Source: the human T2T-CHM13v2.0 reference genome, Homo sapiens
NCBI RefSeq assembly: GCF_009914755.1
Contig: NC_060928.1
Direction: 5' to 3' (one strand)
DNA length: 64,000 nt
Positions 57,726-64,000 of the stretch are shown one piece after another (position 1 is the first letter of the stretch; every line of letters starts with the position of its first letter). A program made the position numbers and the translations under genes. Below the pieces are notes generated by a model. That model was given only the letters and a program-made list of their open reading frames with translations. It made no database searches and had not been told where the DNA came from.

Positions 57726-60700
57726 TTTGTAGTGGTGAGAAGGACTGAGTTTGTAGTGGTAAAAAGGACTGTGTTTGGAGTGGTGAGAAAGACTGTGTTT
57801 GGAGTGGTGAAAAGGACTGAATTTGGAGTGGTGAGAAGGACTGAACTTGGAGAGGTGAGAAAGACTGAATTTGGAGTGGTGAGAAGGACTGAGTTTGGAG
57901 TGGTGAGAAGGACTGTGTTTTGAGTGGTGAGAAGGACTGAGTTTGGAGTGGTGAGAAGGACTGTGTTTGGAGTGGTGAAAAGGACTGTGTTTGGAGTGGT
58001 GAGAAGGACTGTGTTTGGAGTGGTGAAAAGGACTGTGTTTGGAGTGGTGAGAAGGACTCTGGAGTGGTGAGAAGGACTGAGTTTGGAGTGGTGAGAAGGA
58101 CTGTGTTTGGATTGGTGAGAAGGACTGAGTTTGGAGTGGTGAGAAGGACGGAGTTTGGAGTGGTGAGAAGGACCGTGTTTGGAGTGGTGAGAAGGACCGT
58201 GTTTGGAGTGGTGAGAAGGATCATGTTTGGAGTGGTGAGAAGGACCGTGTTTGGAGTGGTGAGAAGGACTGAGTTTGGAGTGGTGAGAAGGACTGTGTTT
58301 GGAGTGGTGAGAAGGACTGTGTTTGGAGTGGTGAGAAGGACTGAGTTTGGAGTGGTGAGAAGGACTGTGTTTGGAGTGGTGAGAAGGACTGTGTTTGCAG
58401 TGGTGAGAAGGACTCTGGAGTGGTGAGAAGGACTGAGTTTGGAGTGGTGAGAAGGACTGAGTTTGGAGTGGTGAGAAGGACTGAGTTTGGAGTGGTGAGA
58501 AGGACTGAGTTTGGAGTGGTGAGAAGGACTGTGTCTGGAGTGGTGAGAAGGACTGTGTCTGGAGTGGTGAGAAGGACTGAGTTTGGAGTGGTGAGAAGGA
58601 CTGTGTTTGGAGTGGTGAGAAGGACTGTGTTTGGAGTGGTGAGAGTTTGTGTTTGGAGTGGTGAGAAGGACCGTGTTTGCAGTGGTGAGAAGGACTGTTT
58701 GGAGTGATGAGAAGGACTGTGTTTGGAGTGGTGAGAAGGACTGTGTTTGGAGTGGTGAGAAGGACTGTGTTTGGAGTGGTGAGAAGGACTGAGTTTGGAG
58801 TGGTGAGAAGGACTGTGTTTGGAGTGGTGAGAAGGACTGTGTTTGGAGTGGTGAGAAGGACTCTGGAGTGGTGAGAAGGACTGAGTTTGGAGTGGTGAGA
58901 AGGACTGTGTTTGGATTGGTGAGAAGGACTGAGTTTGGAGTGGTGAGAAGGATGGAGTTTGGAGTGGTGAGAAGGACCGTGTTTGGAGTGGTGAGAAGGA
59001 CCGTGTTTGGAGTGGTGAGAAGGACTGAGTTTGGAGTGGTGAGAAGGACTGTGTTTGGAGTGGTGAGAAGGACTGTGTTTGGAGTGGTGAGAAGGACTGA
59101 GTTGGGAGTGGTGAGAAGGACTGAGTTTGGAGTGGTGAGAAGGACTGTGTTTGGAGTGGTGAGAAGGACTGTGTTTGGAGTGGTGAGAAGGACTCTGGAG
59201 TGGTGAGAGGGACTGAGTTTGGAGTGGTGAGAAGGACTGAGTTTGGAGTGGTGAGAAGGACTGAGTTTGGAGTGGTGAGAAGGACTGTGTTTGGAGTGGT
59301 GAGAAGGACTGTGTTTGGAGTGGTGAGGGCTTGTGTTTGGAGTGGTGAGAAGGACCATATTTGCAGTGGTGAGAAGGACTGTTTGAAGTGATGAGAAGGA
59401 CTGTGTTTGGAGTGGTGAGAAGGACTGTGTTTGGAGTGGTGAGAAGGACTGTGTTTGGAGTGGTGAGAAGGACTGAGTTTGGAGTGGTGAGAAGGACTGT
59501 GTTTGGATTGGTGAGAAGGACTGAGTTTGGAGTGGTGAGAAGGATGGAGTTTGGAGTGGTGAGAAGGACCATGTTTGGAGTGGTGAGAAGGACCGTGTTT
59601 GGAGTGGTGAGAAGGACTGAGTTTGGAGTGGTGAGAAGGACTGTGTTTGGAGTGGTGAGAAGGACTGTGTTTGGAGTGGTGAGAAGGACTGAGTTTGGAG
59701 TGGTGAGAAGGACTGAGTTTGGAGTGGTGAGAAGGACTGAGTTTGGAGTGGTGAGAAGGACTGTGTTTGGAGTGGTGAGAAGGACTGTGTTTGGAGTGGT
59801 GAGAAGGACTCTGGAGTGGTGAGAGGGACTGAGTTTGGAGTGGTGAGAAGGACTGAGTTTGGAGTGGTGAGAAGGACTGAGTTTGGAGTGGTGAGAAGGA
59901 CTGTGTTTGGAGTGGTGAGAAGGACTGTGTTTGGAGTGGTGAGGGCTTGTGTTTGGAGTGGTGAGAAGGACCATATTTGCAGTGGTGAGAAGGACTGTTT
60001 GAAGTGATGAGAAGGACTGTGTTTGGAGTGGTGAGAAGGACTGCGTTTGGAGTGGTGAGAAGGACTGAACTGGGAGAATTGAGAAAGACTGAACTTGGAG
60101 TGGTGAGAAGGACTGAGTTTGGAGTGGTGAGAAGGACTGAGTTTGGAGTGGTGAGAAGGACTGTGTTTGGAGTGGTGAGAAGGACTGTGTTTGGAGTGGT
60201 GAGAAGGACTGTGTTTCGAGTGGTGAGAAGGACCGAGTCTGGAGTGGTGAGAAGGACCGTGTCTGGAGTGGTGAGAAGGACCGTGTCTGGAGTGGTGAGA
60301 AGGACCATGTCTGGAGTGGTGAGAAGGACCGTGTCTGGAGTGGTGAGGAGGACTGTGTCTGGAGTGGTGAGAAGGACTGAGTTTGGAGTGGTGAGAAGGA
60401 CTGTGTTTGGAGTGGTGAGAAGGACTGTGTTTGGAGTGGTGAGGGCTTGTGTTTGCAGTGGTGAGAAGGACTGTTTGGAGTGATGAGAAGGACTGTGTTT
60501 GGAGTGGTGAGAAGGACTGTGTTTGGAATGGTGAGAAGGACTGCGTTTGGAGTGGTGAGAAGGACTGAACTTGGAGAGTTGAGAAAGACTGAACTTGGAG
60601 TGGTGAGAAGGACTGAGTTTGGAGTGGTGAGAAGGACTGTGTTTGGAGTGGTGAGAAGGACTGTGTTTGGAGTGGTGAGAAGGACTGAGTTTAGAGTGGT

Positions 60701-60929
60701 GAGAGGGACTGAGTTTGGAGTGGTGAGAAGGACTGTGTTTCGAGTGGTGAGAAGGACCGAGTCTGGAGTGGTGAGAAGGACCGTGTCTGGAGTGGTGAGA
60801 AGGACCGTGTCTGGAGTGGTGAGAAGGACCGTGTCTGGAGTGGTGAGAAGGACTGTGTCTGGAGTGGTGAGAACGACTGAGTTTGGACTGGTGAGAAGGA
60901 CCGTCTTTGGAGTGGTAAGGACTGTGTTT
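57726..60929. repeat. 24-bp minisatellite/VNTR, consensus TTTGGAGTGGTGAGAAGGACTGWG, ~130 units, in SLC10A7 intron 9
   Basis: Tandem array directly visible, with recurrent 20- and 22-bp variant units. Confidence 0.98.
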
Positions 60930-63311
60930 TCAAGAAATCTGGCAAAGGGAAGAAAAAGGTCACAGGATATTTGACTATGATTATAAAGAGAAAGTGAAGA
61001 CACGGCAGAGAGAAATACCTGATGAACATAGGTCCCAAAGAGGCCTGAGAAGCCAAGAATAAAGAAGTTATCTGGAGCAGGGCATTTCCTAACATATCTG
61101 AGCTGGAAGCAAAAGTGAACAAGGGGAGTGAAAAATATGGAGATTTTTCAGGTAGAGAACGGGCAAGCAGAGGCAAGTTATGTCAGAGATTTTACTTTCT
61201 TTGTAAAGTGTGAGCCAACTTTGAGTTAATTCCAAGGCCTGGGAATCAAATACATTAGAAAAGTTTGAAATTGGCAGATTGGAGAATATGAATTACAGTC
61301 AATTAACAATGAATAAAAAAACTTCCATGCAGGAGTGAGTGCCCTCCAGTGATTGTAGAACATGTAATGTGATCAGCTGTCCTAGGTAGGGGATGTTGTC
61401 CAGCAACGTTTGTGGTGTTAGGAGCACTTCAAAAACTTTGTCTTTTGTGGCCCTTGTTTATATCAGCCATGGCTGCATCTGGGTTTATGCATTTGGTTTT
61501 CTTCCTAGAGTCTTGCACTACACTTTTCCTTTAGTAAACTGTGTTCGGCTTGATATCTTGTTCTTTTCAAGGTTACAGCACATTTCCAGTGTGTCACAGT
61601 CTCTCTGGTCAAGGAGGCTCTGAATTAATCTGGCGCTGGCTGCTGCTCACTAGAGCAGCATTCACAATGTGGCTAAAGAGGATATTTGCAAGATACGCTT
61701 ACTTGTCCTCTGTTTCAGGTAAGGAGGCTAAAGCTAGGGCCACACTGGGAGATTTCTGGCTCATTGCTCTCAGTAACACTGCTCTACAGTCTTATCGACA
61801 AAAAGTCCATGAGTGGGAAGGAGGATTAGAACCTTAAGGCATAAAAAGGGAACATTTAAGGTTAAAAACAATATTCCTCCTCAATAGGGTTGACTTGTAC
61901 TCTAGCTATGTAGGACTGGAGCGCTGTATCAGGGAAAGCTGATAGAGCAGATGCTCACTTAACCCTCTCTTCAGGAGGGTGGTAAATTACCACAGCATAA
62001 GCATTATTGAGCATTTTTCTAAGCACGTTGCAGCCAGTATTACTTCCTTCTCAGAAAAGCCATACAAACAGATAGTGTTATTGCTCTGCTTTTTCCAAAA
62101 ACGGAACTGGAAACACAAGTAGGTTAAGCAACTCCCCTAAAGTCACACAACTAGTAAGTTGGTTGCCCCAAACCTTGGTCATAAGTTTGCCCTTTTGAGA
62201 AAGACAATATTAAAACCAAAAACACTACAAAATGTAATGGGTGAGGGCAGCTATCTTGGTAAATAATCCACCCTTAGCCATACTCTGTCAAGGGGGACTT
62301 CATGGTACAAGGTCATGACAAGACCCAGAAAAATCAAGTGTCCTGTACATCATATTTGAGTAGTAATGACTAAAATTATTCTCACTGATTAACATCTCTA
62401 TTGGGTCTGCTCACATTCTTGAAAGGAATCACATTACTATTTATTTTCTAACTCTACCTTATCTCTTTTTAATATTGATTTTCTTTTTATCCTGTTTTTA
62501 ATGATTCTTTTGATCACTTTGCCTTCTCTTGAGATATTTATTTCCTTTTCTTCCCAACTGGTCTTTTTATTCTTTCTTACAAAGCTTTCAATCAGTGTTT
62601 TCCACATAATGTTTATTTTGCCTTCCTTTGCAGTACCCACAGAGGAAAACATGTCAGGTTTTACTAGTAGAATCACAGAATGTAGAACAGAAAAGGTCCT
62701 TTGAGATACTTCTGTCTAAGCCCACTATTTTCAGAGGAGGAAACTTCCAAGTGAGGCCTCTTCTTTGTTAACCTCTGTACCTGTGTTTTGTCTCTGCTCG
62801 TTTTCAGAGAAGACCTCTTCCGTCATTAGCTGGGTGGCACTGAACAAGCTACCCAGGGTGCCAAGGCTTAGTTGCCTCCTCTGAAATGGTAAGAAAACTT
62901 ACCATTAATGATCATCGCCATCTTCCTTGCCTGCTTCCCTTTCCCATTCTCCCATCCTGCTTCTCCCAGGGCTATGGTGAAAGGCAGATTGAGATATCTC
63001 ACTGGAAATGTACTGATCAGAATTAAAACACATATACAAATATTTGTTTTCTTCCTTTTCCTTCATTAACAGTTTCTTTTGCCACTCTAATGACAATATA
63101 GGTTTCTGTTACTCTAGTTATCAGCCTACCAAACTTTTTAACTTTTTATATATTTTTAAAAGATTTCCAATTACTGCTTTCCTTTTCTAAGCTTTTTCAA
63201 TGTATGTGTGTGTTGCTTATTTTTTTTTAAATTTGCAGTTTCCCAAAGTTGCAGAATGGTTAGGTCATTGGATAGCTGACTCTTGGCTTGATGAATCAAC
63301 TCATTTCCTAG

Positions 63312-63692
<381 letters not shown>

Positions 63693-63721
63693 AGATTTTT
63701 TTAAAAGTACAGAAATTCTTG

Positions 63722-64000
<279 letters not shown>

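Noticed and set aside
57726-60929. CRISPR-like array
   Set aside because: Head-to-tail tandem units without unique spacers, no cas genes, and a eukaryotic context.
57662-61003. 1113-, 695- and 545-aa ORFs as a real mucin-like gene
   Set aside because: Entirely VNTR-derived, all three frames are open, indel units shift frame freely, there is no signal peptide, the longest starts at GTG, and it lies in an intron. Kept only as a speculative finding.
61641-61660. Hairpin tgctgctc-acta-gagcagca
   Set aside because: An 8-bp stem is expected by chance in 64 kb. No ncRNA features.

Overview
Primate (almost certainly human) genomic DNA holding the 3' ends of two convergent genes. On the + strand (187-2490) are the last three coding exons of a gene I identify as REELD1. 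They splice in phase and encode a Ser/Thr/Pro-rich stalk, one predicted transmembrane helix and a tail ending KKTVL. On the - strand are SLC10A7 exons 10 (55167-55240), 11 (30673-30818) and the terminal exon (CDS 28471-28500, ...GVKLTRPTV*, with a 3'UTR of about 2.5 kb), plus an alternative cassette exon (28807-28917) giving a different C-terminus. Gene names and exon numbering are from recall of the protein sequences and locus (4q31.22), not from a search. The ~22 kb intergenic gap contains an orphan CpG-rich, promoter-like element (ETS, YY1-like, NRF1, GC box) and two strong CTCF motifs. SLC10A7 intron 9 contains a ~3.2 kb, 24-bp-unit VNTR with higher-order structure. It has almost no stop codons on the SLC10A7 sense strand, which explains the 545-1113 aa ORFs in the track. 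The rest is Alu, MIR, L2, MER and LTR remnants, and nearly all other ORF-track entries are spurious. I found no evidence of a new multi-gene system. The best leads are the VNTR, the orphan promoter/CTCF cluster, a closely spaced inverted Alu pair and a ~95-bp local duplication.
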